From: Candidatus Falkowbacteria bacterium RIFOXYA2_FULL_47_19
GTDB lineage: Bacteria; Patescibacteriota; Patescibacteriia; Patescibacteriales; UBA12075
Reading direction: 5' to 3'
NCBI GenBank assembly: GCA_001780275.1
Contig: MFGB01000005.1
Location: 84,306 to 148,305, forward strand
DNA: 64,000 nt
Of this stretch, positions 30,546 to 40,231 are shown piece after piece. Every line of letters starts with the position of its first letter. The first letter of the stretch is position 1. Below the pieces are notes generated by a model that did no database searches, had not been told where the DNA came from, and was given only the letters and a program-made list of their open reading frames with translations. The position numbers and the translations under genes were made by a program.

Positions 30546-31025
30546 ATGACCAACAACGGACAAAACGGCAACGGCGCTCCGGTCTACGCCACCCCCAAGG
30601 GGATTCAAAATGGCAGCCTCCGAACCGGCCCCAAGAACGTCCTGCAGCGCATTGCAGGGACCAAGCCGGTTCTCGGGTTGCCCGAGGCCGAACGGATCTT
30701 CGATGACCTGGCCGGGAGCGGCGTTTCCGGCGAAGCCGCCATTCCGGCCGCAATCACGGCAACCGCCAGGCTCTTCGGCGCCGACGTCGTCGTCGAGGCC
30801 GAGGCCGCTGCCAAGGTCTCCGAGATGGAAGCGGCCGCCTACGCCGCCGAAGACGCCCGCGCCGACTATGAGGCCGCCATGGCGGCCGAAATCGAACGTA
30901 TCGAGGAGGGGATCAAAGCCTCCAACAGCATGGCCGCCTCGGTCAAAAGCATCGCCGCTGGCATCCGGAACAAGGCCGCCGCTGTCGCCAATTACTTCAA
31001 CTACAAGGCTCCGGTCGCCAACTAG
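30546..31025 (+). CDS. Ala-rich, GC-rich orphan protein
   Basis: TTGACA...TG-TAGAAT promoter (~30437-30465), SD AGGAGG, terminator ~31053-31086, strongly C/G-biased third codon positions. Confidence 0.75.
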   Translation: MTNNGQNGNGAPVYATPKGIQNGSLRTGPKNVLQRIAGTKPVLGLPEAERIFDDLAGSGVSGEAAIPAAITATARLFGADVVVEAEAAAKVSEMEAAAYAAEDARADYEAAMAAEIERIEEGIKASNSMAASVKSIAAGIRNKAAAVANYFNYKAPVAN

Positions 31026-31142
31026 ACCACGCATCCTCCATCGCAAAACTCAAGGGCGGTTCCAATACGGGACCGCCTCTTCTTTTACATAAAACGGCCT
31101 TAAAGCCGTTTATTTTATTTGAAAAGGGCGGGCGGAAGGGGA

Positions 31143-32105
31143 TTATTCCTTAAGCCTGCCGCCGTTATGTATCTTTTTGTGTATATCCTTAAGCTGTTTA
31201 TTGGTCACGTGCGTGTATATCTGAGTCGTGGCGATATTGCGGTGGCCTAAAAATTCCTGCACCAGACGCAAATCCACCCCTTGGGCCAATAGATCAGTAG
31301 CGAAAGAATGCCGGATCGTATGAGGCGTGGCCATGACCGGCAGGCCGGCTATAACCACGTATTTTTTTACTATATTCTCAACGCTTTGAGTCGTAAGCCT
31401 GCGTGACTTGCCGCTTTTCTCGATGCCGGGTTTATAGTTGATGAATAATGCCGGATCCATGTCCGCGCGCTTGTCCAGATAGGATTTTAGCCATCTGACG
31501 GCCCGTTCGGAAAAATAAACGGACCGGACTTTATTGCCCTTACCAACCACGGCAACTTCAATTTCTTCGGCGGAGTTCCTTATTTTTAACTGATCGCGAT
31601 TAAGAGCCACTAACTCCGCCACGCGCAAACCCGTGGAGAACAATGCTTCAAGTAAAGCCCTGTCGCGTAGGCCTTGTTTTGTTTTAAGATCCGGAGCTAA
31701 AAGCAGCCTTTCTATCTGCTCCAAAGTCAAAAATTTTATTTCCTTATCATCCTTATCTCGGGCTAATTTTACCTGAGTGGGGGACAAGGAAGATATTTTT
31801 TTGTCAGCAAAAAATTCCAATAAGCTTCGGAGCGCGATCAGGTAGTAATTCTGAGTGGTTTTTTTAAGCGTCCGGCGCGTTTTCGGATCCATATGGCGCG
31901 ATAAAAATACCCGGTATTTCCAGACATGGTCGTCGTCTATCTTTTCGGGCTTAAGAGAGGAGAGGTTAGCGGCCTCTAGCCAGGAAAAAAATTTATGCAA
32001 AAACCGGCTGTAGTTTTCCTGGGTTTTACTTGATAAGCCTTTTTCGATCTCCAGATAGTCCAAGTAGTCTGTTAAATATTCTATTATAGGTTTATTACTT
32101 GCCAT
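31143..32105 (-). CDS. Tyrosine recombinase, XerA/XerC/XerD family
   Basis: RDRALLEALFSTGLRVAEL, GKGNKVR, HTIRHSFAT, LGH...TTQIY. Confidence 0.95.
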   Translation of the reverse strand: MASNKPIIEYLTDYLDYLEIEKGLSSKTQENYSRFLHKFFSWLEAANLSSLKPEKIDDDHVWKYRVFLSRHMDPKTRRTLKKTTQNYYLIALRSLLEFFADKKISSLSPTQVKLARDKDDKEIKFLTLEQIERLLLAPDLKTKQGLRDRALLEALFSTGLRVAELVALNRDQLKIRNSAEEIEVAVVGKGNKVRSVYFSERAVRWLKSYLDKRADMDPALFINYKPGIEKSGKSRRLTTQSVENIVKKYVVIAGLPVMATPHTIRHSFATDLLAQGVDLRLVQEFLGHRNIATTQIYTHVTNKQLKDIHKKIHNGGRLKE

Positions 32106-32182
32106 AACCTTATTATAACACAAATACCCTAGGGGATAAATATGAAAAAATCCCTGAAAACACAGGGATTTCATTATATAAT

Positions 32183-32210
32183 ACTTTGCATAATGTAGAT
32201 TAATCAAAGT
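32183..32210. other. dif-like Xer recombination site
   Basis: ACTTTGCATAA-TGTAGA-TTAATCAAAGT (11-6-11), resembling E. coli dif GGTGCGCATAA-TGTATA-TTATGTTAAAT; within a perfect 11-bp inverted repeat (32178-32215). Confidence 0.7.
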
Positions 32211-32258
32211 ATTATGTCTATAAAAAGGGAAACATACCTAAGTCTGTTTACGGTTCTT

Positions 32259-32417
32259 TTAGTATTGTCTGGTCATGGTAATGCCCAGGATATTTAATTC
32301 GGGATATGCCAATAGCAACATTTTTATGATCAGCAAAAACAAACCGATTATAAAAAGGCAAAAAATAAAAATAGCAAAAGCAAAAACGATTTTAAAAGCT
32401 GCCTCCATATTATTCAT
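32259..32417 (-). CDS. Small membrane protein (52 aa)
   Basis: Manual translation MNNMEAAFKIVFAFAIFIFCLFIIGLFLLIIKMLLLAYPELNILGITMTRQY; below the ORF-track cutoff. Confidence 0.6.
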   Translation of the reverse strand: MNNMEAAFKIVFAFAIFIFCLFIIGLFLLIIKMLLLAYPELNILGITMTRQY

Positions 32418-32601
32418 GTAACTTCGTAACTCTTAACGCGCAAATTACTCGTTAATTAGTTATGAGTTTAGTAAAAAATAATTATTTTATATTTTATTTA
32501 ATATTGGTAAAAAAACAATATTTTTATCTAACTTTAAATATTCTATTACATAATCCTTAAATTACCGTGAAAATTGAAAGTCGAATAATGCCTTATAGCG
32601 G

Positions 32602-33534
32602 CTACCGATAATATACACTATCGCCGATCCTTAAATCTATGTAGGTCTTTTTGTGGAAATCCTCTTTGATCTTTTCGTTCTTTATGATGATTAATTTATT
32701 TATCTGCCGGCCGGCGTCTTCCTGGATATTGAAATAAACCATCGGACCCTCGGTAAGAACTAATTTTACCGTATTGGCTTCGTTATCGATCACGAATTTT
32801 TGGATCTTGAATATTTCGTCAAGTGAGACCTCATTTTTTTCTTTACTGACAGGATCTTCATGCGTGGTTTTATATTCCCGAAACCGGCTGAAAAGGTCCG
32901 CAATGTAACTCAGGTATAGTTTATCTATGGCTATCGCATCGCCGGTTATCTTGCTGTCGCTTTGGTTGTTTATTAAAGGATAATCCTTCTCTTGGACCTC
33001 GAGTGGATCAACTTCGGATATGACCGCCCCGCCTTCGTCTATGTAATAGAATTTATCGTCCTCGTTCCAGATAAACGAATGTTTTTTTTCTTCATAGTTT
33101 ATTGTAAGCGTATGCGGCAATTTCTTATCAATATGAAGATTATCAAATGAGTATTTGTCCTTGAGGACCTTTTCCAGATCGCCTTTATCGAAAAAAAACA
33201 GGTTTTTTTGCGGAAGGATCACGAGTACGCTCCTGTTTATAAGCTCCTGGGCTATTTTTTCGACAGCGGAGACCGGCACCCTTCCCTGGCCGCTTATCTC
33301 CACGACGGTAATACGGAAATAAGGAGAATAGAACAACACCCAGATAGCGGCGACCGCGACGGCCAGCACGAACAAAGACGTTAATTTTACGTAGAGCGGC
33401 AACTGCTGGGCGTTTATTTTAAAATTACTGCTTTTTCTTTCGGCAAAGAACGGATTGGCATACTCCCGGGTGCTGTAGCGCAACGCCCCCTTATTTCTGA
33501 TTTTTCTTTTACTATGTAAATCGCCCGGCAGCAT
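32602..33534 (-). CDS. ftsQ: FtsQ/DivIB-like cell division protein
   Basis: Single TM, SPYFRI + POTRA, KKLPHTL, YIDLR; downstream of ddl. Confidence 0.8.
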   Translation of the reverse strand: MLPGDLHSKRKIRNKGALRYSTREYANPFFAERKSSNFKINAQQLPLYVKLTSLFVLAVAVAAIWVLFYSPYFRITVVEISGQGRVPVSAVEKIAQELINRSVLVILPQKNLFFFDKGDLEKVLKDKYSFDNLHIDKKLPHTLTINYEEKKHSFIWNEDDKFYYIDEGGAVISEVDPLEVQEKDYPLINNQSDSKITGDAIAIDKLYLSYIADLFSRFREYKTTHEDPVSKEKNEVSLDEIFKIQKFVIDNEANTVKLVLTEGPMVYFNIQEDAGRQINKLIIIKNEKIKEDFHKKTYIDLRIGDSVYYR

Positions 33535-33563
33535 ATTTTTTTTTATTAGTAGCTCTTAAATAG

Positions 33564-34649
33564 CTATTGGATAATCGCCCCGGCGATCAATTTATCCAAA
33601 AAAGCGGTAAAATCGAGGCCAGCGGCCCGGGCGGCTTCGGGAGCCAGGCTGGTAGCGGTCATTCCCGGAATGGTGTTCAGCTCGATAAAATAGATAACAT
33701 CATCCTCGCCGCTCCAGATAAAATCAGCGCGCGCCAGATCGCGGCAGCCTATCGCTTTAAAGGACGCGACCGCGTAAGCCTGCATTTTCGCGCGGATATT
33801 GTCGGGAATATCGGCCGGACAGACGTGTTCGCTGCCGCCTTCCTCGTATTTAGCTTTATAGTCGTAAAAATCCGATATTTTCGGAATGATCTCGATGACC
33901 GGCAGGGCTTCCGGCGTATCAGTGCCCATGACCGCCACGGTAAATTCTCGGCCGGCAATATATTTTTCAAGCATAACGGTTCGGCCGTATCGAAAAGCGT
34001 CCGCTATCCCCTTCTCCAAAGATTTTTTATCTTTGGCGATAGCGATACCCACGGATGAACCGAGCTCGGCCGGCTTTATGACCAAGGGTAACGATAATTC
34101 GCTGATTATTTTTTCCGCGTCATAGTTTTCGCCGTCGTAAAGCAAGCGTTCGGCCGCGACCGTCACTCCGGCATTCTTAACGTTGATCTTGGCCTTTGGC
34201 TTATTCATAGCCAGGGCATGGGCCAGAACGCCGGAAAACACGTACGGAATGCCGAGCATATCGAGCATGCCCTGAATCCGCCCGTCTTCTCCGTAAGCGC
34301 CGTGAAGTATGGGGAGGACAAGATCGATCCCGCCGGAAATTTCACCCTCCATAAAACCGGACAGATTTTTTTCATCATTATTTTTGGATGTAACAAGGCT
34401 TTGCGACGATTCCAAGCTGATGGCATTTTCCTTACCGGCCGACTTCGCGTGCAAACGAAGATACTCTCCGCCCTTCGCGCCGATAAGCCAGTTTCCTTTT
34501 TTGGTTATGGCAACCGGTATAGTATTGTATTTATCTCCGCTTAAGGCCTTAAGCACGCTTTTAGCTGAGGCGAGCGAAACTTCGTGCTCGCTTGATCTCC
34601 CGCCAAAAATGACCGCCAGGTTTATTTTCGATTTATCGTTATTCGCCAT
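33564..34649 (-). CDS. ddl: D-alanine--D-alanine ligase
   Basis: GGRSSEHEVS, HGAYGEDG, GSSVG, ELNTIPGMT. Confidence 0.97.
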   Translation of the reverse strand: MANNDKSKINLAVIFGGRSSEHEVSLASAKSVLKALSGDKYNTIPVAITKKGNWLIGAKGGEYLRLHAKSAGKENAISLESSQSLVTSKNNDEKNLSGFMEGEISGGIDLVLPILHGAYGEDGRIQGMLDMLGIPYVFSGVLAHALAMNKPKAKINVKNAGVTVAAERLLYDGENYDAEKIISELSLPLVIKPAELGSSVGIAIAKDKKSLEKGIADAFRYGRTVMLEKYIAGREFTVAVMGTDTPEALPVIEIIPKISDFYDYKAKYEEGGSEHVCPADIPDNIRAKMQAYAVASFKAIGCRDLARADFIWSGEDDVIYFIELNTIPGMTATSLAPEAARAAGLDFTAFLDKLIAGAIIQ

Positions 34650-34670
34650 AAAAGGATATCGAATTTGCCG

Positions 34671-35987
34671 CTACTTGCGCGCTATTCGATCTATATTTCC
34701 CGGCATAAATTTACGCAAAACTTCGGGAACGACCACTGAGCCGTCCGCTTGCTGAAAATTTTCCAGGATAGCGATCATCGGTCGTATGCTCGGCAAAGCC
34801 GTATTATTTAACATATGAACGACTTTCTTTTGTCCATCCGCGGTTTTATATTTAACGTTCAGGCGCCGCGCCTGCCAATCGCCGAAGTTAGAAGCCGAAC
34901 CGGTTTCCCCCCAGCCGTTTCTTGACGGCATCCAGGCTTCCAGGTCGAACATTTTATATTTTCCGGCGCTCATATCGCCGGTGCAGATCTGCAGGACACG
35001 GAATGGCAGTCCCAGTTCCCGGTGCAGTTCTTTCGAGATCTCTACCATCTCCAAGTGCAGTTTATTTGATTCTTCGAAATCGGCCCTGGAAACGCAAACC
35101 TGTTCCACTTTCATGAATTCATGTACGCGATACAGCCCCTTGGTGTCTTTACCGTAAGAGCCGATCTCGGACCGGTAGCATTGGGAAAAACCGCAAACCT
35201 TTATTGGCAGATTCTTCTCCTCGAGCGTTTCACCGGCGAAGTACGCCAAAAGCGAGGGCTCGGCCGTTCCGACCAAAAATTTATCTTCTTTGTTCTTTTT
35301 ACCGTCTGCCTCGACCTCTTCATTGGCTATCTTGTAGATCTCGTCGACTTCCGGATCGAATTTCCGGCCGGAAAAATAACCGGAGCCGAATAGAGCGAAC
35401 TCTTTGACCAGCGTAGGCGGGATCATCGGCGTAAAGCCCTTGCCGATAAGCTTCTCTAGGGCAAAAAGCATCAAGGCCATCTGCAGGCTGACCGCCTCGT
35501 TCTTTACGTAATAACCGCGATAACCGGCGACTTTCGCCCCCCGTTCCAGGTCAAAGAGATCGAGGTCGCGGGCTATTTCCATATGACTTTTCGGTTCAAA
35601 ATCGAATTTAGTCGGCTCGCCCTCGCGGTATATTTCCACGTTTTCCGAATCGTCTTTTCCGACCGGAACGTCCTTTGACGGTATCGTCGGGACCTTGACC
35701 ATTATATCCTCGTATTGCTCTTCGACGGCATTAAGTTCGGCCTCGATCCTCGCCACTCCTTCCTTAAGTTCTTTGCCCTTACTTATCTGTTCCGCCGAAG
35801 GTTTGCCCTGTTTGGCCGTTTTAGCCAATTCATTCCTTTGCGCCCTAAGATCGTCTATCTCCTGAAGAAGACCGCGGCGACGGTCGTCAAGTTTAAGCAA
35901 TCCGTCTATATCGACCTTAATATTCTTGTTTTTAGCCGCTTGTTTTATTTCATCCGCGTGCTCACGGATATATTTGATGTCTAACAT
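34671..35987 (-). CDS. serS: Serine--tRNA ligase
   Basis: MLDIKYIR, GTAE, YRSEIG, RVHEF, ETGSASN. Confidence 0.98.
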   Translation of the reverse strand: MLDIKYIREHADEIKQAAKNKNIKVDIDGLLKLDDRRRGLLQEIDDLRAQRNELAKTAKQGKPSAEQISKGKELKEGVARIEAELNAVEEQYEDIMVKVPTIPSKDVPVGKDDSENVEIYREGEPTKFDFEPKSHMEIARDLDLFDLERGAKVAGYRGYYVKNEAVSLQMALMLFALEKLIGKGFTPMIPPTLVKEFALFGSGYFSGRKFDPEVDEIYKIANEEVEADGKKNKEDKFLVGTAEPSLLAYFAGETLEEKNLPIKVCGFSQCYRSEIGSYGKDTKGLYRVHEFMKVEQVCVSRADFEESNKLHLEMVEISKELHRELGLPFRVLQICTGDMSAGKYKMFDLEAWMPSRNGWGETGSASNFGDWQARRLNVKYKTADGQKKVVHMLNNTALPSIRPMIAILENFQQADGSVVVPEVLRKFMPGNIDRIARK

Positions 35988-36034
35988 ATCATCTTATAAT
36001 TCGTAACACGTAACTCATAACGCAAAACGAATGT

Positions 36035-36448
36035 TTATTTAATTTTATTTATATCACCGTTTAAAATCACCGGTTGCATGGCGAGAATTTCATCAGTGTA
36101 GATCATATCCGGAATGCCGTTTAAAATGAAGGTTTTTTTGCGCAAAGCGTGCCCGTAACCTAATTCGAGAAAGGCGTTGCCGCCGATATAGTCTTTTATA
36201 CCGTTCTTGGTCTCGTTCACTATCAAAACCGCGTCCGCGGCTTTTATTTTTTCATAATGATCCCGTATAAGGTCATGGTTTATCTTGTTTTGCGTGGATT
36301 CATGGCTTGATTCCGGCGCCAGATCGCCGTTTGCGTATTCACGCGCGTGCCTCGGCAAAATAACCATATGGTCGAATTTTTTCAGTTCTATTTCTAGCGC
36401 GACCATTTTCTTTGCTGACGACATGCTGCCGCAAATGACTATTTTCAT
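36035..36448 (-). CDS. Nucleoside 2-deoxyribosyltransferase-like fold protein
   Basis: IVICGSM...ADAVLIVN...YIGGNAFLELG pattern. Confidence 0.6.
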   Translation of the reverse strand: MKIVICGSMSSAKKMVALEIELKKFDHMVILPRHAREYANGDLAPESSHESTQNKINHDLIRDHYEKIKAADAVLIVNETKNGIKDYIGGNAFLELGYGHALRKKTFILNGIPDMIYTDEILAMQPVILNGDINKIK

Positions 36449-36457
36449 AAATCGGCG

Positions 36458-37930
36458 CTATCGATTTTTAGGTTTAAGCAAGGGGAATATCTGGCATTCA
36501 CGCGACGTCCTGTTCATAAGGAAGCTGAAAACGCGCTCGCTCATGCCGAAACCGCAGGTGGGCGGCATGCCGTGCTCAAGGGCTTCCACGAATTCCGGAT
36601 CCGCCATTTGCGCTTCATCATCTCCCGCTTCCCGCAATTTCTGCTGTTCGGCGAATCTCGCCGCCTGATCCACCGGATCATTAAGTTCGCTATAGCCGTT
36701 GCCCAGCTCGGAACCGGCGATAATAGGCTGAAAACGCTCCGTTAACTCCGGCCTGTCCGACATTTTTTTTGCTAAGGGGCTTACAGAGAGCGGTACGCCG
36801 ACCAGGAATCCCGGACCGGCTATGCTTTTGCGGCAATACTTCCAAAGATTATCTATCGCCCGGGTTATATTAAAACCCTTTTTATCGTAGTCGATCTTTA
36901 ATTCTTTAAGCTTTGCCTCGATGGCCTTAATGTCCGTATTTAAAATATCGATGCCGGTTTTTTCCTTTACTGTGTCCCGGTAATCATAAATCGCCCATTT
37001 TTGATCAAGATCTATGTCAAAACCGCGAATTTCGAACTTAAGCGTGCCGAAGGTTTCCCGCGCGACATGTTTATATAATTCCTCGACCAGCGCCATGCCC
37101 ATCTTATAATCGGCGTAAGACCAATAAAACTCCATCTGGGTATAATCCTGCAGATGCTCGGCGTCCATGCCTTCGTTGCGGAACTGGCGCCCGATCTCGA
37201 AGGTTTTTTCGAGTCCGGCCACCATCAGCCGCTTTTGCCAAAGTTCGCCCGTTGATATGCGCAGGAATACATCCATGTCCAGAGCGTTGTGGTGGGTAAC
37301 GAAAGGCCTGGCATCCGCACCGCCGGTAGTAACTTCAAGAACCGGGGTTTCCACCTCAAGAAAACCTTTATTAAGCAGGAAATTTCTGATCGAGTTCCAA
37401 AATTTGGAACGTTTTTCTATCATATCCCTGGTTTCGCCGTTAAGCATTATATCCAGGTATCTTTTTCTTAATTTTTCTTCTTCATCCTTAAGCCCGTGCC
37501 ATTTTTCCGGCAGGGGTCTTATCGCCTTAGAAAGCAATTTCCAGCTTTTGACCATGATGCTTTTTTCACCCTTGTGAGTAACGAAACAAACACCCGTTAC
37601 CTCGACAAAATCACCCATGTCTATTAATTTATCGAACATTTTATAGCTTTCAGCGGAACCCAGCTCTTTCTTGGAAACCGCTATCTGGATCTGGCCGCTT
37701 ACATCCAATAAATTGGCGAAATTCAGGTTGCCGTGCGATCGTTTGGTCATAAGCCGTCCGGCCAATATAAGCTCCCCGCTATTTTCCTGAATTTTTTCAA
37801 AATTTTTTAAAACCTCTGACGCTAAATGCGTCCGGTCGGATCTTGACGGATACGGGTTTAAATCGTTTTTCCTTAATTCCTGAAGTTTAGAAAGACGCTC
37901 ATCGCGTTCGTTTATTTTTTCTTGTGGCAT
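36458..37930 (-). CDS. lysS: Lysine--tRNA ligase (class II)
   Basis: RYLD, GGADARPF, FRNEG, GYSELNDP, GMPPT. Confidence 0.98.
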   Translation of the reverse strand: MPQEKINERDERLSKLQELRKNDLNPYPSRSDRTHLASEVLKNFEKIQENSGELILAGRLMTKRSHGNLNFANLLDVSGQIQIAVSKKELGSAESYKMFDKLIDMGDFVEVTGVCFVTHKGEKSIMVKSWKLLSKAIRPLPEKWHGLKDEEEKLRKRYLDIMLNGETRDMIEKRSKFWNSIRNFLLNKGFLEVETPVLEVTTGGADARPFVTHHNALDMDVFLRISTGELWQKRLMVAGLEKTFEIGRQFRNEGMDAEHLQDYTQMEFYWSYADYKMGMALVEELYKHVARETFGTLKFEIRGFDIDLDQKWAIYDYRDTVKEKTGIDILNTDIKAIEAKLKELKIDYDKKGFNITRAIDNLWKYCRKSIAGPGFLVGVPLSVSPLAKKMSDRPELTERFQPIIAGSELGNGYSELNDPVDQAARFAEQQKLREAGDDEAQMADPEFVEALEHGMPPTCGFGMSERVFSFLMNRTSRECQIFPLLKPKNR

Positions 37931-38105
37931 ATTCGTAAAATATAAAAATCTCCTGCTTTAAGCGAGAGTGGTAATTTTTTAAACATTATATTTATTTTAA
38001 TATAAATAGCGAAAAAAAGCAAATAAAAAACCCGTAATCCACACCCTTGACCATAACTGTCACGCGACAATTCTTAATCATGGGTTTCGAATTACGGGAG
38101 TAAGA

Positions 38106-38564
38106 TTATCCGATCTTTAAAATCTCATATTCTATTTCTCCCCGCGGAGTTATTACCCTGATCTTGTCCCCCTTTTTTCGATCGATCAGTTCTTTACCCA
38201 AGGGCGATTCATTCGATATTTTGCCTTCGAGCGGGTCAGCTTCGTTAAAACTAACTATAGTGTAATTAATTTCTTTATTTCCCTGCCGGAGCGTTACTCT
38301 TGAGCCCATGCCGATATTTTCTTTGTTGTGGTCGCTTTCGACTATGGTCAGGTTTTTGATCACTTGGCTGAGTTCAGCTATGCGACCCTCGTTAAAGGCC
38401 TGTGCGTCTTTTGCTTCGCTATATTCCGCGTTTTCCGAGAGATCGCCCATGTCTTTCGCTTTTTGTATTCGATCCGCTATTTCCCGTCTTTTGACATTGA
38501 TCAGATTATCAAGCTCCTGTTTTAGTTTATCGTATCCCTCCTGGGATATAATTTGATCGGACAT
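38106..38564 (-). CDS. greA: Transcription elongation factor GreA
   Basis: GDLSENAEY, ISNESPLG. Confidence 0.98.
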   Translation of the reverse strand: MSDQIISQEGYDKLKQELDNLINVKRREIADRIQKAKDMGDLSENAEYSEAKDAQAFNEGRIAELSQVIKNLTIVESDHNKENIGMGSRVTLRQGNKEINYTIVSFNEADPLEGKISNESPLGKELIDRKKGDKIRVITPRGEIEYEILKIG

Positions 38565-38660
38565 AATTTAATGGCTTTATAGTTAGCTTTTAGCTTTTAG
38601 GCAATGCCCGATATAATCGTTATGGCATGACCAAAACTATAAGCTAATATACAGTAAATT

Positions 38661-40229
38661 TTATTTTTTATCAAGGGATAGTTGTCCACACCGGAAACCC
38701 GTCAGTCCGCTTTCGAAAATAACGGCGGTAAGCATTAAATAGCCGATTCCTAGGGGGTGGTTAAAATACGGACTGAAAAAATTTACGGCCGCCACAACAA
38801 TGAGACCGATGGCTAATCCTGCATGCATGCCAGCCTTCTTTGTTTTTGAAAGTTTAACGGCGATAAACGTAATATTAAATAAAATAAAAAGATAAGTCAA
38901 TAGACCAAATATACCTAATTTTAGCCAAATATCTAGCCAGCCCCACTCAAAGGCGTAGGTCGTGTATTCGCCGGTGGCGTTCGTTTCCCTGACCCTGGGA
39001 TCGTTCGATTCATAAGTAACCGTGGACCCGAAACCCTGCCCGAAAACGGCTTCCCGGCTTATCTTTCTCCATAATTCGGGTAAAAGATTCCAACGGGAAG
39101 ACACGGCGGCTTCGCCGGTTAACCGGCCGGCTCTTTCGGTTAGAAGGCCGACGGCGTTATATCCACCCAGAGGTCTCGGATAAGGAAATTTTACCGTGAT
39201 CATTATAAGGCAGAGACTCACGACCGCGACGGCCGCCAAAACACCGCCGAATCCGATCGATCTTTTCCAGCCGTATCTCCAAAACGAGAACGCCGCGAAA
39301 AGCAAAAGCCCGATCACCAGACCAACCCAAAAACTTCTAGAAAAACTAATGACGATCGTGGCTAAAAGTAAAACCGCGAATAGGGCCATCAAGCAAGAGG
39401 TCTTGTTTTTCCAGCCGTTTTTATATATTCGTTCGGTCCAAAGGCATAAAATAATAAAAAATCCGGCTAAAGAGAATATCTGCGACTGGAGGAAGATGCG
39501 GTAAAACCCTCCCTGCATCCGGGTTAATTCCCCCACTCCGGTCAGGCGCACCCAGCGATAAAGTTCGGCGGTCATGCCTATCATGTCGTGCGAGAAGATA
39601 AACAGTAGAAAGAAAGTTTTAAAACCGAGCCAGAGCACGGAGGCCGCAAAAACGGCCGATACCCCTTCGAGCGCTTCGCTCGCGCTCCGGAAAATCCTTC
39701 TTTCCTTCACGAAAATATCGTAAAGCGGAAAGATCAGAGTAAAATACAGCCAGCCGTTAAAATCAAAAAAGATGTTGCCGAAGTCATTATTATGCAAAAA
39801 ACCGTTTACGATCCCCCAAAGCATGAACAGGAATAGAAAAAGGAAATACGGCAATATATGCCCCCTTTTCAGACTGAATTTCCGGTGGAGTAAACTGAAT
39901 TTCTTTTCGGAAACGATCCTGGTGATGTTTTTACCCGCCCAGACCGACATAAGGATAAGCCAAAAGGCGATGCGGATGGAAAGGCTGAGATCACCGATCT
40001 CCAGGAAAAACAGGTAGCCCTTAGAACCTATAAAAAGTTCAGCTAAAACGATATATATTCCGTACTCAAGTTTATGAAGAGTTAATATCAAGAACAGGCA
40101 GACAACCACGCTAAAAACAATCGTCATGAAAAACGGCACGAGAAACCCGCAGAGCGAAAATAATTCCCCCAGAACTATGAACAACAGGGTGGTTTTGAAA
40201 ATTTTGCTGCTTAAAAATTTATAACCCAT
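38661..40229 (-). CDS. O-antigen ligase/Wzy-like membrane protein
   Basis: Many TM helices, SFSRSFW, GQGFG; in glycan locus. Confidence 0.8.
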   Translation of the reverse strand: MGYKFLSSKIFKTTLLFIVLGELFSLCGFLVPFFMTIVFSVVVCLFLILTLHKLEYGIYIVLAELFIGSKGYLFFLEIGDLSLSIRIAFWLILMSVWAGKNITRIVSEKKFSLLHRKFSLKRGHILPYFLFLFLFMLWGIVNGFLHNNDFGNIFFDFNGWLYFTLIFPLYDIFVKERRIFRSASEALEGVSAVFAASVLWLGFKTFFLLFIFSHDMIGMTAELYRWVRLTGVGELTRMQGGFYRIFLQSQIFSLAGFFIILCLWTERIYKNGWKNKTSCLMALFAVLLLATIVISFSRSFWVGLVIGLLLFAAFSFWRYGWKRSIGFGGVLAAVAVVSLCLIMITVKFPYPRPLGGYNAVGLLTERAGRLTGEAAVSSRWNLLPELWRKISREAVFGQGFGSTVTYESNDPRVRETNATGEYTTYAFEWGWLDIWLKLGIFGLLTYLFILFNITFIAVKLSKTKKAGMHAGLAIGLIVVAAVNFFSPYFNHPLGIGYLMLTAVIFESGLTGFRCGQLSLDKK

Positions 40230-40231
40230 AC

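Noticed and set aside
31143..32105. Prophage or integron integrase
   Set aside because: Xer-like sequence without the IntI insertion; no phage genes or attC array adjacent; flanked by cell-division genes.
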